A stretch of DNA of 64,000 nt from Bugula neritina (taxonomy: Eukaryota > Animalia > Bryozoa): positions 19,282,995 through 19,346,994 of the forward strand of contig OZ037765.1 in assembly GCA_964035545.1 (NCBI GenBank), read 5' to 3'. The position numbers and the translations under genes were made by a program. Positions within the stretch are counted from its first letter, which is position 1. Each line of letters starts with the position of its first letter. This document shows, piece after piece, positions 28,845 to 42,000 of the stretch. The notes under the pieces were generated by a model that saw only the letters and a list, made by a program, of their open reading frames with translations, was not told where the DNA came from and did no database searches.

Positions 28845-29487
28845 TATTCAAAATAAGCCAATAAGCTAATATAAATACACTAAGAATACATTTTTATTAT
28901 GCTGATGTTGTTTCTATCAACAAAGAGCAATATTATTGGGTAGAAATGCAATAATTTATAACGGAGGAGATAACTCCCGTTTTATGTTTTTTATTTGTTA
29001 TGGTTGGGAAAGAAGTTATATAGTTCAGAATGTAATGAAAACTGGAGAGCATTATCAAAACACAATAGAGTATTTTCATACCAAAAATCAACATTCTAAA
29101 TGCTAGAACAGAAAAGTAGCAGTTTAGAGAATACCAGGTATATGCAAAAAAGTAGTTTGTCGTATTATAGGCTCCGCCCACTTTTTTATTTTTGGTCAAA
29201 GATTTTGTTAGAGAAAGTTTTATATGTGTACAGCCTTCCTTGAAAATATTTTTAATGTCAAACCTAAACTATTCAGAAAATTAAATATTTAGAGTTCCAT
29301 AGTCCCCCCTTGAAAAATGCTGAACCCCTGTATATCCACCCCTCTCACGAGAGAACCCCCCCAGATACAAAAAAGGTACTCGCAGATCTGAGATCAGTAG
29401 AATGTTGGCTTTGCAGTGATATATAGCAACAAAGGTTAGTATTGATGTGCTCCACCCGCCCATTTTTGCATGTTGGCACCCCCACTA
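28845..29487 (-). repeat. Academ right TIR
   Basis: Reverse complement of the left TIR. Confidence 0.95.
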
Positions 29488-29554
29488 TTATAATGATGAA
29501 GATTACAACAATAAAATATAAATTATTACTTGTAGATCGACGCACAATAAATTA

Positions 29555-32500
29555 ATGAAAATTCATGGTAAGATTTGTCTTCTTTCTCAGTACGCCAATT
29601 TTTGGCAGGAAATTCAACAGTATTAATTGTTAAATTGTCACTATCAACATAAGGAATGATAAATATTCACACTGACATTGTTCATTATTATTAGATTAAT
29701 AAATAATATTTGTAATATTTAATTTTATGACCATACTGATACTCTTACTAGAAATACGCTTACATTTAGTTTTACAGTAGAATATCAATATTCAATAGCC
29801 ATAGGAAACCGAAATGTCAAATACTCTTAAACTAATAGTATTAGTATTACATACGCCTACGGCTGGTGTTACTCATACTTACACTGTTATCAAAATGATA
29901 AGTCGGAACTTATTGAATTTCAAATTGAAGGCTATTGCTATTGACAGTGATTGGCCGTGGGTTATTCTATTACTATTAGTGTTAGCATTAGTATTTGACT
30001 ATTACTATTAGACTTAGTATTTCACTATAAGTATTACTATTACTATTACTCAGTAATACTATTAGTATTACTATTACTATTACTATTAGTATTACTATTA
30101 GTATTAAACTTAGAATAACTTAAACTATTTGAAATAGTTTAAGTTATACTAAGTTTAATACTAATAGTAATACTAATAGTAATAGTAATAGTAATACTAA
30201 TAGTATTACTGAGTAATAGTAATAGTAATACTTATAGTGAAATACTAAGTCTAATAGTAATAGTCAAATACTAATGCTAACACTAATAGTAATAGAATAA
30301 CCCACGGCCAATCACTGTCAATAGCAATAGCCTTCAATTTGAAATTCAATAAGTTCCGACTTATCATTTTGATAACAGTGTAAGTATGAGTAACACCAGC
30401 CGTAGGCGTATGTAATACTAATACTATTAGTTTAAGAGTAAGAGTTAAAGTAAGTTTAACACTAACAATAACTAAATTAGTTAATGTTAGTGTTAAACTT
30501 ACTTTAACTCTTACTCTTAGACTTAAAGTTACTCATTACTGTTAGTGACACTGACAGAGTCATCCTACACAGTGTTGGTGTTAGAATTACTTTAACGGAA
30601 TTAATGCTATTACTATAAGTATAGCTCTATAGACTATAAGTATAAGTATGACCATGAGTCTCAGTCTATGAGATTGACTATCTAATAGTAATAGTGATAA
30701 TTACTCTGAGTAATCATCATACTCACACTGGACCGCCCTAGGGCTGGAGGAAGGGTTTGCTGCATATGGGTAACTGTAATGTGTTGGACAGTTGTTAGTC
30801 ACCAGTAATATTTTTAGGACTGGTTCAGGTTGGGCTGTATTAACTGAACAAGAACTTAATCCTGTCTGTGTGGAGCTCTCTGAATTATTGCTTTGCTTTT
30901 AACCAATTTTCAGATCCCTGATAGCCCTCAAAAAAAAACTGTTCAGGTACTTGGTATTGTTATCACTCACTAATCAGGGTTGTCTCCTCGTTTGGAAGCT
31001 AGTCTGTACAGTGCTGTTTGTTGGCTTGTTCAGCAGGTCATCATATGCAGAGTTGAGAGCCGGATGTTTTTCTTCTTGTGCCAGAGTCGTCGGAATCCGA
31101 TTTATACGTTTGGTTCTCTTTTTTTAAGGGGCTATAGGCAGAGAAAATTGTTGCGGTCGGCAGCATTTGAATCTACACAGGCAGAGCCTATTTGATACTA
31201 GTTAATTCCCTTTATCACTCGGCCACGACTGCTGTGTAAAAGTGATAGTGACTATTAGTATTAGTGATACTATCACTGAGTGATCGTATTAGTGAATATT
31301 TAGTATTACTATTACTGTATTTGTATTACTATGACTATTGGTATCAAGTACCATTATCAAGTTGCACTTATACTGTAGTGGCATTAATACAAATAGTTCA
31401 ACTAGTATTTTCTCATACTGCAGGAAAAATGGAGGGAAATTATCACTCAAGTGTGCCTCAATTAGCCTATGTTGTTGTTGGTAAGCTTGCATATATATAT
31501 CAATTACTATATATTCAGAAAATTGATTAGCTAGTTACAGTTGATATACTCATAAAACTGTTATTTTCACTGGCATCAAATTGATATATTTAACTCAATA
31601 ATGTTGGCTGGTCTAACGCTGCTACAATTCCATGATGATTTTAGGATCTTCTAAAACTACATTTGATGATAAATTGGCTGGTATCAGTAAGATTTTCAGT
31701 GAAAACAAAGTTCTGCTCTATTGCTATGATATCGACTCTAATGAGGTATGAGATAGATTGAAATCACAAGTTTCTTCAATGTCTTTATAGTTTTCCCTAA
31801 AGAAATGATATTATTTTTGTAGAAATCAGTTTTCTTTTATTGTTTTTTTATCACTACATTAAATTACTTTAGTGTTTAATCATTTTTTTCAATTTGTGAC
31901 CTCATCAAAATGAGAAAAGATCAGGGTAGGCTACCATCATTAATGAATTTTTGTTTTAGAATAACTGGACTAAATATGATTGTAGCACAGACGAGTTGCC
32001 ACATTTTACAATATGGTAAGCTTGAGCGTTGCTGTGTTATTAATTCCTGTGAATGTGAAATACCAAAAAACATAAAGTAATTTCTGCAATAATCTTTATA
32101 TGTTTATTTCAGCGATGCTGACCAACTTCATGTGGCTCTGGACTCTTTCAACTCACACTTTCAGCATAAGCTGATAAATCTGACATTACTCTGGTACTTT
32201 CAACCTGTTGATTGGTAAGGTCAGGCTGTAGCAAGGGTCTCAACTTTATTATTAGGTTCATCAATAGATAGAATTTACGTCTTTTTCCCAAAAGCTTGAT
32301 GTCATTGTTATAGCTGATTTGTTTAGAAATAACCGTTGAGTAAGTTTTTAAATCAATACAAATTGTAATTTACTGAATTTTTTGCTAACCATAGAAAACA
32401 CAACTCAACTCTAAATTTAAAATACTCAGAAATGCTAGAAAATTTATTTTAAGCAATCTAGTGTTGCCAACATAAAATATAAGACTACAATCATACATCC

Positions 32501-32830
32501 TGTTTTCTACACGTGTTTTTACTTAAATGACTTTATTTTGTTTTTCAAACTCTTGGGTGATTATGCATTGCATTATTAGTCTTGTTATATTGCCAACGCA
32601 TGTTTTGTTCAAACGTGGTTTAGCATATTGGGGAGTTGTCTGCTATATAGTACCTTTTTGTATCATTAGAAAGGTTGACATTCACTAAATTAGAGAAGTC
32701 AGTTGTATCTCAAAATGCATTTATTAAACCATTTTACACACACACTCTCACACACTCACACACACTCTCACAAACACACACACACAATCACACACACTCA
32801 CACATGCACGCACACACACACTCACACATG

Positions 32831-32889
<59 letters not shown>

Positions 32890-35800
32890 TGTTTTTATAA
32901 TACACACATCCCTGCGTTGTAGATGAAGATATAAGAAAACCTTTAATGTACGTCCTATTATTAGCTGACTAGTAATTACTTAGCAATCCTCTCTCTAACT
33001 GACAAATGTTCTACTAGTAAAGACTTTACTTATGTCCTCTAATTTGTAGTGAGGATGAGGAACTCCAAGGAGCTATTCTTAGATCGTTTCTTTGTGATAA
33101 CTCCCGGGTTGTTGTTCTCGGAGACTCGTCTCATACCAGTTTACTTGAGGAGTGCTGGGTACAGGGCTATGTTCCTCTTGCTGTTGCATCTGATGTTCTT
33201 GACATGAGTCATCCCTTATGGAGAGGCGACCTGGTTGTTCAGGTAGTTGTTTAATTTTATGTATAATTTATAGTTCACTAAATATTATGTGCTTTTATTC
33301 GAATTAATAAATTGGTTTATATCCTAATACACCACAAAACTGCATTATTTTACTTTGTATGAGGAAAAGTTCATTAAAAGAGTAATAATGGTTTTCAGTT
33401 TAAGGAGATACATAAAGGTACTTTTTCCACGGGCTGAATATTGCGTAGTTGTTACTGTTGGATATATGTTGATATTTGTTAGCTAAACTGTTTAGTTCTT
33501 GCTACACTATGCAGCTGTGGCACAATAAAACTCATCTCTCGCATATTATACTGCTATGCTCTGCATATTATTATTTTGTCTTTTATTTTTTATTCAAAGA
33601 CCAAAGGGGAGAGTGCCCGAATCTTTGTAGAAATTAGTAACATGGAGAATACAAAAGACCTGACAGCCATTGCTTCTAACAGCAACATTGAGGTCTGTAG
33701 CATATTCGGATCTTGCCTTTAGCCAGCGTTATCATATTATCATATATTTACATGATAGCGGTTAATGCAGGTATTTTGTACTATGTCTAGCTGAAAAAAA
33801 CCATTTTTTAAATATTGCATGCGTGCGTGTGTGTGTAATGTGTTAGGTATTTGTATGCTGTTGTCTGCATGGCAATAATATTGTATGGGAAACTCACTCG
33901 AGTTTATAGTTACGATATCTGTGAGAGCTCTCGATGGAACTGTTTTCAAAGCGAGCTAAAGACTTTTTATAATGTGGCACAGGAGCAAGTTTGACTGGAT
34001 GTTCTTCCCAACAATGCCGCCAGTGTTAGAACTCAAACCACTGACTTCCTGTTTACTAAGCCTGCACTCTAGGCACAACCACTCTCTGTATATGCGTATA
34101 TGATTATTATATTACTTACAGGCTGCTAGTGTCACAGGATCCTATTTGGAAACTGTGTGTCAAGTGAGCCTCTCAAGTCTACACAAGTGTATGCTGAGCA
34201 ACTGCTACAAGTTGAAAATCATTTCAAATAATCAGTTTTATATTCCATTTTGCCAGCAGGTCAGTTTTATCTACATTAAGTGTAGTCTTTTAATGTTGGT
34301 AGTTTTCGTATTTAATCTTTCTTGCAGGATTTCTCTATGAGATTATGCATTTATAAAGAGAGTATCTGCTTTACCAAGCAATTAATACTAAATAAAATGC
34401 TGCAACTAACCCGGTGAAATAACACATATAGAGTTGAGTTAATGTGTTACAGGACTGTGGATATATTGTGAGGATGGTGAAAACTCTACCCCATCCAACG
34501 TCAGAATCTGGTGGCTCTGGACAGTCGAATTCTCCGTCAGCGATACTCACCACTCCGTCGTGGATGTCTTTCTTCCTTAAAGGAAACCTCAGCAAGCCAT
34601 GTAATTGGTTCATATTTTATAACCTGCAGCTTCCTATTTATATGCTGTATTCATAGATTGGAGATGGTAGCCACGTTTCTTTGCTGATCTAACCTATTTC
34701 TGCAGCTGGCAGTACTTTACCAACCATTCTGTAATCTATAGAGTTGTGTGCTCAGAAATCTCAGTAATTGTTAATTAAACATCTTATAAAATATATTTTC
34801 TTGTATTTTTTAATTCGACTCTGTTCTTGCACTAATATTTGTATTGTTGCAGCAAAGTTGCCAGCTGGCCCAGTAAGCTACAAGTATTACCTCCTTTCCC
34901 AAGAGCACAACTACTACTTTTGTTGGGAGTTTGATACTAGGGACCTAACCCACTGTTTACTAAGTCAAAGGGAGTCATCAGGCATTAAAGAATCTCAGAA
35001 GTGAGTTTATAGCTTTGTTAGTCTACTTGTCATGACTCACCCAAGTGTAGTCTCTTATCTAAACAATAATTTTATCTGCCCTCCACTATAGTGTATTATG
35101 CACTTTTAAATTTGTATTTACTTATGTACAAACTATAGTTTAATGTATTTCAACATGATATTTTATGTTAATAACTCATGCAATGCATATTTTGCAAGTA
35201 GCAAACCCTTGCTTAAAAATTGGTATATTATAGTTGAACTTATAACTAAACTTTGCTTACCTGTAAATTGCCATATGTTTTTGTTTGTGCCATCAAACAT
35301 TTGTGTACCAAGCGGCTATTGAATTGAAAGGAGAATTTATCCAGTTCTAATTTCATTGCCACTTGTGCTGTTGAGTGGTCCATATGCTGAGGTATTTTTT
35401 GCAGAGATAAGAATTTTTCATATGATGAAGACTTCATCACTTCTGTAAAGTTGGAACCTGACCTTGAAGGATACAAAGATATTATTGCTTCATACTTGAT
35501 TAGTGGTATGTTGCACATGTTAATTTTACAATTTATATTTTGCGTTGACTACTATTAATATAATGAGTTATATGCTTGCAGAAATTGTCTTCTCTTTGTT
35601 GCTTGTTTATGCATTTCCTGGCTGTTCAAGCATATCTTATACTGGTTTTAGATGAAATGTATAGCATGCTGGACAGGCCCAAAGAATGGTTGGAAAGAAT
35701 TGCTCTGCAAGAATTTATAGAAAGGCGCAAAGTAGTAGAGAAAGCCAACAGTTTCGGAATAAAATCCAAGAACAGTGATTCACAGTCATCAAGTATGACT

Positions 35801-38680
35801 CTTTTGTCATCATTGATCTATGTCAACTGTATTTTTGAATCTGAGATAAATTCCTTGTCTAAAATAATTAACTTAAAACTACTGAATAATAACTTTGTTT
35901 TATGCCCACCACTCTGCTAGCAAATAATGATATCACTGACTTGCTATGAAACTGTCTAGCCTGAACAAATCTATACGCGTATTGCCTTCTATAGAGTTTG
36001 TGTGTATCTCACAGAATGTATGCTGACACTAAATGATGTAAGAAACCATTTTGACTGTGATGGGCAAGCCAAAGATCCAAAGTTCCGTCTGCCTGTGTGT
36101 AACAAGGAGAATACAGACTTGAGAGAATACACATGGCCCAAAGCTAGGTTGCACTTTGGACCTGGCATATGGTAGGCATTTACTACTATAAAAAGTGAGT
36201 TCCTTCTTTGTAATTACACATTGCAATAAGCATAGTCGGATATTATGGTGGGTGTGTCAGCATTTAATTATTCATCACCAACTCCGTTTTATTCTTTTCT
36301 ATCTGTTCAGTACTTTGTCAGATCAGTTAAATTACTTCACTATCACCGACTTTCCATTGTTTGACTTTAGTGTGGTGACTGTAGCTAGTGTGGTTGGGGG
36401 GGGGGGGTTTAATTCCTGTTTAACCATTTTGCTTTTACTCTATCATTTTGGTCTCTCATAAAATTTACTTATCTTATGTGACTGTGATGTGTTAGAAAAT
36501 TTGGCTATGTGCATTTAGGTCTTAAACGTCTAGTTTTCAAGGCTACTCTTGTCCTATAAAAATATTTTTATAATAAACTTTAGTACAGTTATAGATATTC
36601 TTTTGTTTTAGTAAATTAAATTGAAATATTGTATTTTTTACAATTTTTAGTACAAGATAATAAAACAGCATTTTTCTTTGCTGGCAGCTGAAAATGAGGA
36701 TTCAAATTATTTATCAGAAATGCTGATAGAGCCAATTATATTTTCTTTTTTTGCTGGGGCTTATTACTTTCTTATTAATGACATGCAAGAAACCTATTTT
36801 TCCACCTTTTTATCATATAAACTGCTCAACTCTTCGGTTTCTATGGTTATATTGGTTCTACTGCTTGAACTGAGTTTAAGCTAAGCAGGTAAAACGGCTC
36901 AGACTTACTCAGCTCGAAATTTTATGCATTTTGAGCTGTCTATAGTCAGGCTGATATTGATGAGTGACAAACCAGTGAAGTAAAAACTATTGAGATGATT
37001 ATATGATATGGTGTTTACATAGCAGATGGCATTTACTACAATGTTGTAGTTACGCTGATGACGAGGCTACTTCTAAACTTGCTGATCCCAGAACTATCAT
37101 GTATAGAGATAAGTACAATTTCCCCGAGACTGCCTCCCTCTATACAACAGAGGTGATGCCTTCTGCTAACTCTAGCCAACAGAAGTCCAAGGCTGCTGTT
37201 AATAAACAAATCAAAAATTCAACAGGTTACCATTCACCAGGAAGAAAAGAAACAAAAAATACATCTACTCACAGGAGACATATAAAAGAGCATCAGCTTC
37301 AAAAATCATCAACTGGCCATACTGATTGCAGGTTTGCTCAAATACCTTATACTCATCCGGTGTTTTATAATAGTATTTTTGTTTAATGTATATGCTTGCT
37401 AACACTGCATGGGTGATTCATGTGCAGTTGCTGATTTATAGCTCGGGATCGAAGCATCCATCCTGCAGTAGTAAATCAAGCAATATTTCAAGGGAACCAG
37501 TAAAGACTGAGCCAGACAGTAGGTATACAGTAGTCTTGCAGTCTACATCTAATACCAAAGCTATCCAGAAAGACTCATCTTACACTACCAAACAGCAAAG
37601 AGCAGAGAGGAATAAAAAGAATGAGCAGGTATTTACATTGTGGTTATATTTCATAGCATATTTATAGTTAATATTAGTTATAGAATAGTTTCATAAATAT
37701 TCTGTTGATGGCTAATCTTAGTGATTTTAACAAGTTTGAACAGCTATTAATACCACTAAGAATAAACACTTCATTCAAGATGAGATAATTATTGTGCATG
37801 TTATGACTTTTAGGAGTTGTCTTATATATAATCTCAACCACATGAAACAGATAACCCCAAATATACTTTAAAGCTACTATTATTGCCATCTGAACATATT
37901 ATAGTATGAACCCTCTACGGCATTTTAAATGCTCTCTGGTGCAGCTTATATTATAGCTCATTAGTGAAAAGTTACCAATAAATGGCTATTACATTGTAAA
38001 ATATTACACTGCTTGAGGGGTTTGCACTTGAAGAAACAAAATGTACATCAATATCTTTAAGTTATATTTTATGTTAGTGTTAAAGTCGCAGCGTGTGCTT
38101 TGTATTTGTATGGTGGGTTTGCTTTATGTTTCTATATAATCTGTTGTAGAGAATGCGCTCAGCCATTCAGAAAGCTCTTTCCAAAAATGGAATAAAAAGA
38201 AATCACAAATCATATGAGGCCTATACTGAGGAGTTATTCCTCTTGTGCATGAGATGTGTAAAGGTTTGTATCAGCCACCTCTCAATTTCTTAGACTGAAA
38301 GTGTGGTTTTTACCAATTTCAGACCATAATATTATGTGCATGACTTGTGGGAAAATGTATTTTTCAAGTGCAAAAGTTATAGAAAGAAAGTTATAATGTA
38401 TATTCAATATATTTTAGATCAATTAGATCATGGAGTTGTAAAATAATTTAAATGTCAAGTATTTTTACAAAAAATATATAGCATGCAACTATATTTTTAC
38501 TCTTAAATCTAAAAATATATGTAACTATAGTTATGGGGTATGCTCAACGTGATTTAACATCATATTTTTATTTTATAGAAATTAAAAACATCAGTTGATC
38601 TGGAAAAGAAGATGAAAGAGATTGCTATTGCCTATGCGCCTGCAGCCATATTCACAATCAACCAATCAGTGGCTAGCTGA
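29555..38680 (+). CDS. MTBP: Mdm2-binding protein (Treslin partner, Sld7-like), multi-exon
   Basis: Exons approx. 29555-29567 (tentative; otherwise ATG 31429), 31424-31480, 31644-31745, 31960-32015, 32113-32214, 33050-33242, 33600-33692, 34122-34259, 34453-34600, 34852-35000, 35405-35505, 35651-35792, 36015-36171, 37050-37331, 37442-37628, 38150-38263, 38579-38680. Motifs resembling vertebrate MTBP as recalled: RPKEWLERIALQ (PLEWPERHVLQ), LTLNDVRNHFDCDG, WPKARLHFGPGICYADD, and C-terminal ..KKLKTSVDLEKKMKEIA (KDLKTSRGLFEEMKKTA). Confidence 0.8.
29822..30440. repeat. 619-bp near-perfect palindrome (1-nt spacer at 30131)
   Basis: 29822-30130 is the reverse complement of 30132-30440, with about 1 mismatch near the centre. 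It includes unique sequence (catacgcctacggctggtg/caccagccgtaggcgtatg). Confidence 0.95.
30433..30519. repeat. 87-bp hairpin abutting the large palindrome
   Basis: taagagtaagagttaaagtaagtttaacactaac..gttagtgttaaacttactttaactcttactctta, centre 30476. Confidence 0.9.
30730..31230 (-). mobile_element. Decayed 3' end of a non-LTR retrotransposon ORF2 plus 3'UTR
   Basis: Minus-strand translation LAQEEKHPALNSAYDDLL..P*LVSDNNTKYLNSFFLRAIRDLKIG* parallels the LINE at 46690 (CNTNKFLHSFLIRTARELRTG). Confidence 0.65.
32736..32885. repeat. (CA)n microsatellite
   Basis: Direct reading; explains the HTHT ORFs. Confidence 0.97.
33890..34087 (-). mobile_element. tRNA-derived SINE copy 4 (diverged)
   Basis: gagtttatagttacgatatctgtgaga..ggcacaggagcaa..gactggatgttcttcc matches the reverse complement of the family. 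Confidence 0.75.
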
Positions 38681-39027
38681 CGTGTGCTAGTGTACCACCC
38701 ATGTAATAGTTGTAGCTTATGTGACTGTAGTTTTCAACTTGATTTGCATAGTACAGTCATTATTATTTATATTATAAAATACAAACCTAACTAGAAATTA
38801 GCTAAAAAATTATAGTTAATTTATGAAGTACTGTATATTTTTAAATATAATTTATAAAAATATCGAGCTCAAGCTATCTTTACAAAAACCTCTATAATAT
38901 GTGTTTGAGTTTCAGATAATAAAAAATTAAATGTTATCTCACAATATATAAATTGTTCTGCATTGAACTTTAGAAAATCTACATAAAACAGCACCAATAC
39001 TTTATACTTTGTAAAGTGGGAGAATTT

Positions 39028-42000
39028 CTAGAAGTTAATGTCATCCAAATCATCTACAAAATAAATAACGCATGCTGCAATACGAGATACACATAGTTGA
39101 AGATAATGCTGAGTGGGAAAAAACCAATACACTTAATCTTTAAGCGAAACTGCCTGTAAAAAACTCTGTTCTGTGTTGTTTGGTGGAGAATACATGCCTG
39201 GAATTAAGGTTGTCATTGCAACATTTGCATCATTAGAGTTTGGACATGAATGTTGTTAAATTTGTTAACTAAAACAATGATAGTAGTTGACTGCACTATT
39301 CTTGGCAGCAACATAAAGATAGCATGTTTGTGATGTGGCAGTTGCAAGAGTAGATACAAGGAGTATTGGAGTTCCTAGAATAAAATAATTTGAGTACAAT
39401 ATTAGCTTACCATCATCAAACAAGTGCTGGTTGGTATTTAGCGATGATGTTTTAGTGCAATCTGGCTGCTGATTGGTGAGTCTAGATGGACAGAAATTGT
39501 TTTGATTGGTTAGACGAGCTGTGTTTCCCTGCATGGACAAATTATTATGTAGTATATTGCTTCTATTTGCAGAATCTTGATTTGTGGTAGCTGGTTGACG
39601 CCCAGTGATTTGTTTTTCCAGTTGGTCACTTAAATTTGAAAGTTTACCCGAACACCTATCCTGCTTATCTAGACTGCTGCAGTTTACCCGTTCAGCTAAA
39701 GGTCTAGGTTCAGCATGGTGGCTGGTAGCAAACAGTCGGTGACCTTTACTGGAGGGTGTCGCAGAAGAATGCTTATCTTTAGATTTTGGAGTGGATACAG
39801 GCTGAGCAAGAAGTGTCTGGAGGGGTACAGGTGACTGGGTTACCTGTGTCTGAGTAATCTCGGAAGTTCTATCACATTCGGAATAAATTTGTAGCACATT
39901 GTTGGGAGTAATATTAAGATACTGGCGTGTCCTCGATGGACTAAACACAGATATCTGAAATTGAATATACAAAAAAATTGTTGCAATATTATGTAGCAGT
40001 AAAAGTAAAGTCAACATAAAATTATAATACTATTATGTTTACAATGAAGATGAATAAAAGAACTTTATATAGAAAGTTGCAGTGGATATCACCATGACAA
40101 AATAATAAACCCTTTACACAACAGGTTTTAATCAACTCAATTTTGAGACAACAATCAGATATTTTGCTAACTAGAAATAAAGAGTTGTCTTAACTTATCA
40201 TTATCTTTTAGTACAAGATATTACCCCTGAATTAAAACTCCATTACATTCCAATGATTATTACAATCATAAATATACATAGTATAATTTCTCTTGTCCAT
40301 CGCCCATCATGGCTTACATATAAAATAAAGAACTGAACATAATCAACCCCCATCAGCAATCTCAACCCACATACGCAACAGGGTTTAATCATTAAAAACA
40401 CTGTAAAATATAGCAATATATGCACATAAACACCTGTTTAAGTAGCAGAGTTGAGCCTATCTTCAGATTTTCCTGCTGCTGTTTAATCAATAGCCTATGT
40501 AGTATTCCAGTTATAGAACCTGCCAAGTAAAGCACACAGATACAATACTAACTGCACCAGTACAGATACAGTAATAACATTTACTCAACAAGAGAACATT
40601 AACAGTCTTATGTATTGTGTGATGCATCATAATTTTCTATAAATGACTATAATTTCACTATATTATAGACTACCAGACAGTGTATATATATAAAGCTTGT
40701 ATAATGGCCTACATGCCCACCTGTAAGATCTCTCAATGTCACAATAGCATCTGGAAGGGATTTATTAATACTGACCAGTACAGCTACTAGCAAAGGTGCT
40801 TTACCTTCTGGTAACTGTCTCCGACTAGCCTGCAACAAACACAAAACAAATGATTAATTTCAGTGCTTGATTGGAAATAAGATACAATAGTAATATTCTA
40901 ATCCAAAATACTTTTTCAACTTTTGAAAATGTTTAAGGTTAGATCAATGGCATAGCAATTTGGTTATTCTTGAGTTTATCCCTGCTAATATTTAAAAAGA
41001 AAGTTTCCAACACTTATTGCAAAGTCATTCTGAGTCATCAAATTATTGCTTTTTACTGTGTAAACATTGAGCTCTTACATTAGCCAGTGTGTTAGAAATG
41101 CTGTACTTTTGTAGGTGTTCTTTAGAGAGCTCTATATCCGCCACCATTTTCCTCCATGTTGAATATGAAGACACACTGAGGGGCTGACTGCTCTGACTCG
41201 ACACTACTTCCTTTATATAGAATAGAACTCAGGCTTTGTTCAGTCAGTAGAATTACAAATGTAGAAATTAGAGTATGCATCTCTCAGTATTCCAATAATC
41301 CCTAGCAACTCATCGTAGAATACATTAAAAAGATAAACTTTTTTCAAGAAATAAATTAAGGATAATCAAATTTTTTGAATACCCCGAAAACAAAATCTCT
41401 ACAGAAAAAGTTAACAACCTCTTCAGCACACTCTACAGTTAGAAACGTATTAAATTTGTGACTTATGCAAACCTCATTTTCTTGTCTCTTGGGCTCAACT
41501 GCTACTGGAACATCTTTCAGGGACCGAATATTAACATCTTGCTTCTACATAAGAACATTGTATGTTTATATTTTAACTACATTCCAGTTATAGTATGCTG
41601 CAGACATTTATAAACCCAGGATAACAGATAAAACAAAAGTTCTTGGAAATCCACCCTCAATTAAACTTGAAAGCTGTTAAAGGCCACTACCATCTTGCAG
41701 ATTCTATATCAGTAGGACCCTGAAATTTCCTGAACCCCACTAGCTTAAAGGAGTTATGTAAATTAGAAAAATAAATTTAATGATAGAGAGGAAAGTCATG
41801 ACACAGATGTGGGCATTTTGTTTCCTTGCAGAACTATGTTTTCACAGTTTAAAAAGTTCAACAAAGTCTAATAAAATTAGTGGGTTTTAGGTTTATAAAT
41901 GGTAAAAAAATATGCATTAGAAAAGCTTTAAATAAAGTGCAAAGACTACATAGTGCAATTTCACAGAAACTTTGCAATAGCAAGATAGTGAAAATGACAA

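Larger units (their letters stand above)
22874..29487 (+). mobile_element. Academ (AcademX-type) DNA transposon, full length, young
   Basis: 5'-TAG...CTA-3' ends; 3-bp TSD TTA (22871-22873, 29488-29490). TIRs 22874-~23535 and ~28845-29487 differ by only about 4 substitutions plus one small duplication. Encodes a ~1500-aa transposase + XPG-like nuclease + Cys-rich tail. Confidence 0.9.

Noticed and set aside
23162-29199. Twin 88-aa ORFs (23162..23428, 28933..29199)
   Set aside because: Mirror images produced by the Academ TIRs; they start at TTG and have no protein features.
35246-35518. Minus-strand ORF with good splice sites inside MTBP, which looked like an inverted exon
   Set aside because: A plus-strand exon at 35405-35505 (DKNFSYDEDF..YLIS) has the phases needed to join its neighbours, so the antisense ORF is not required.
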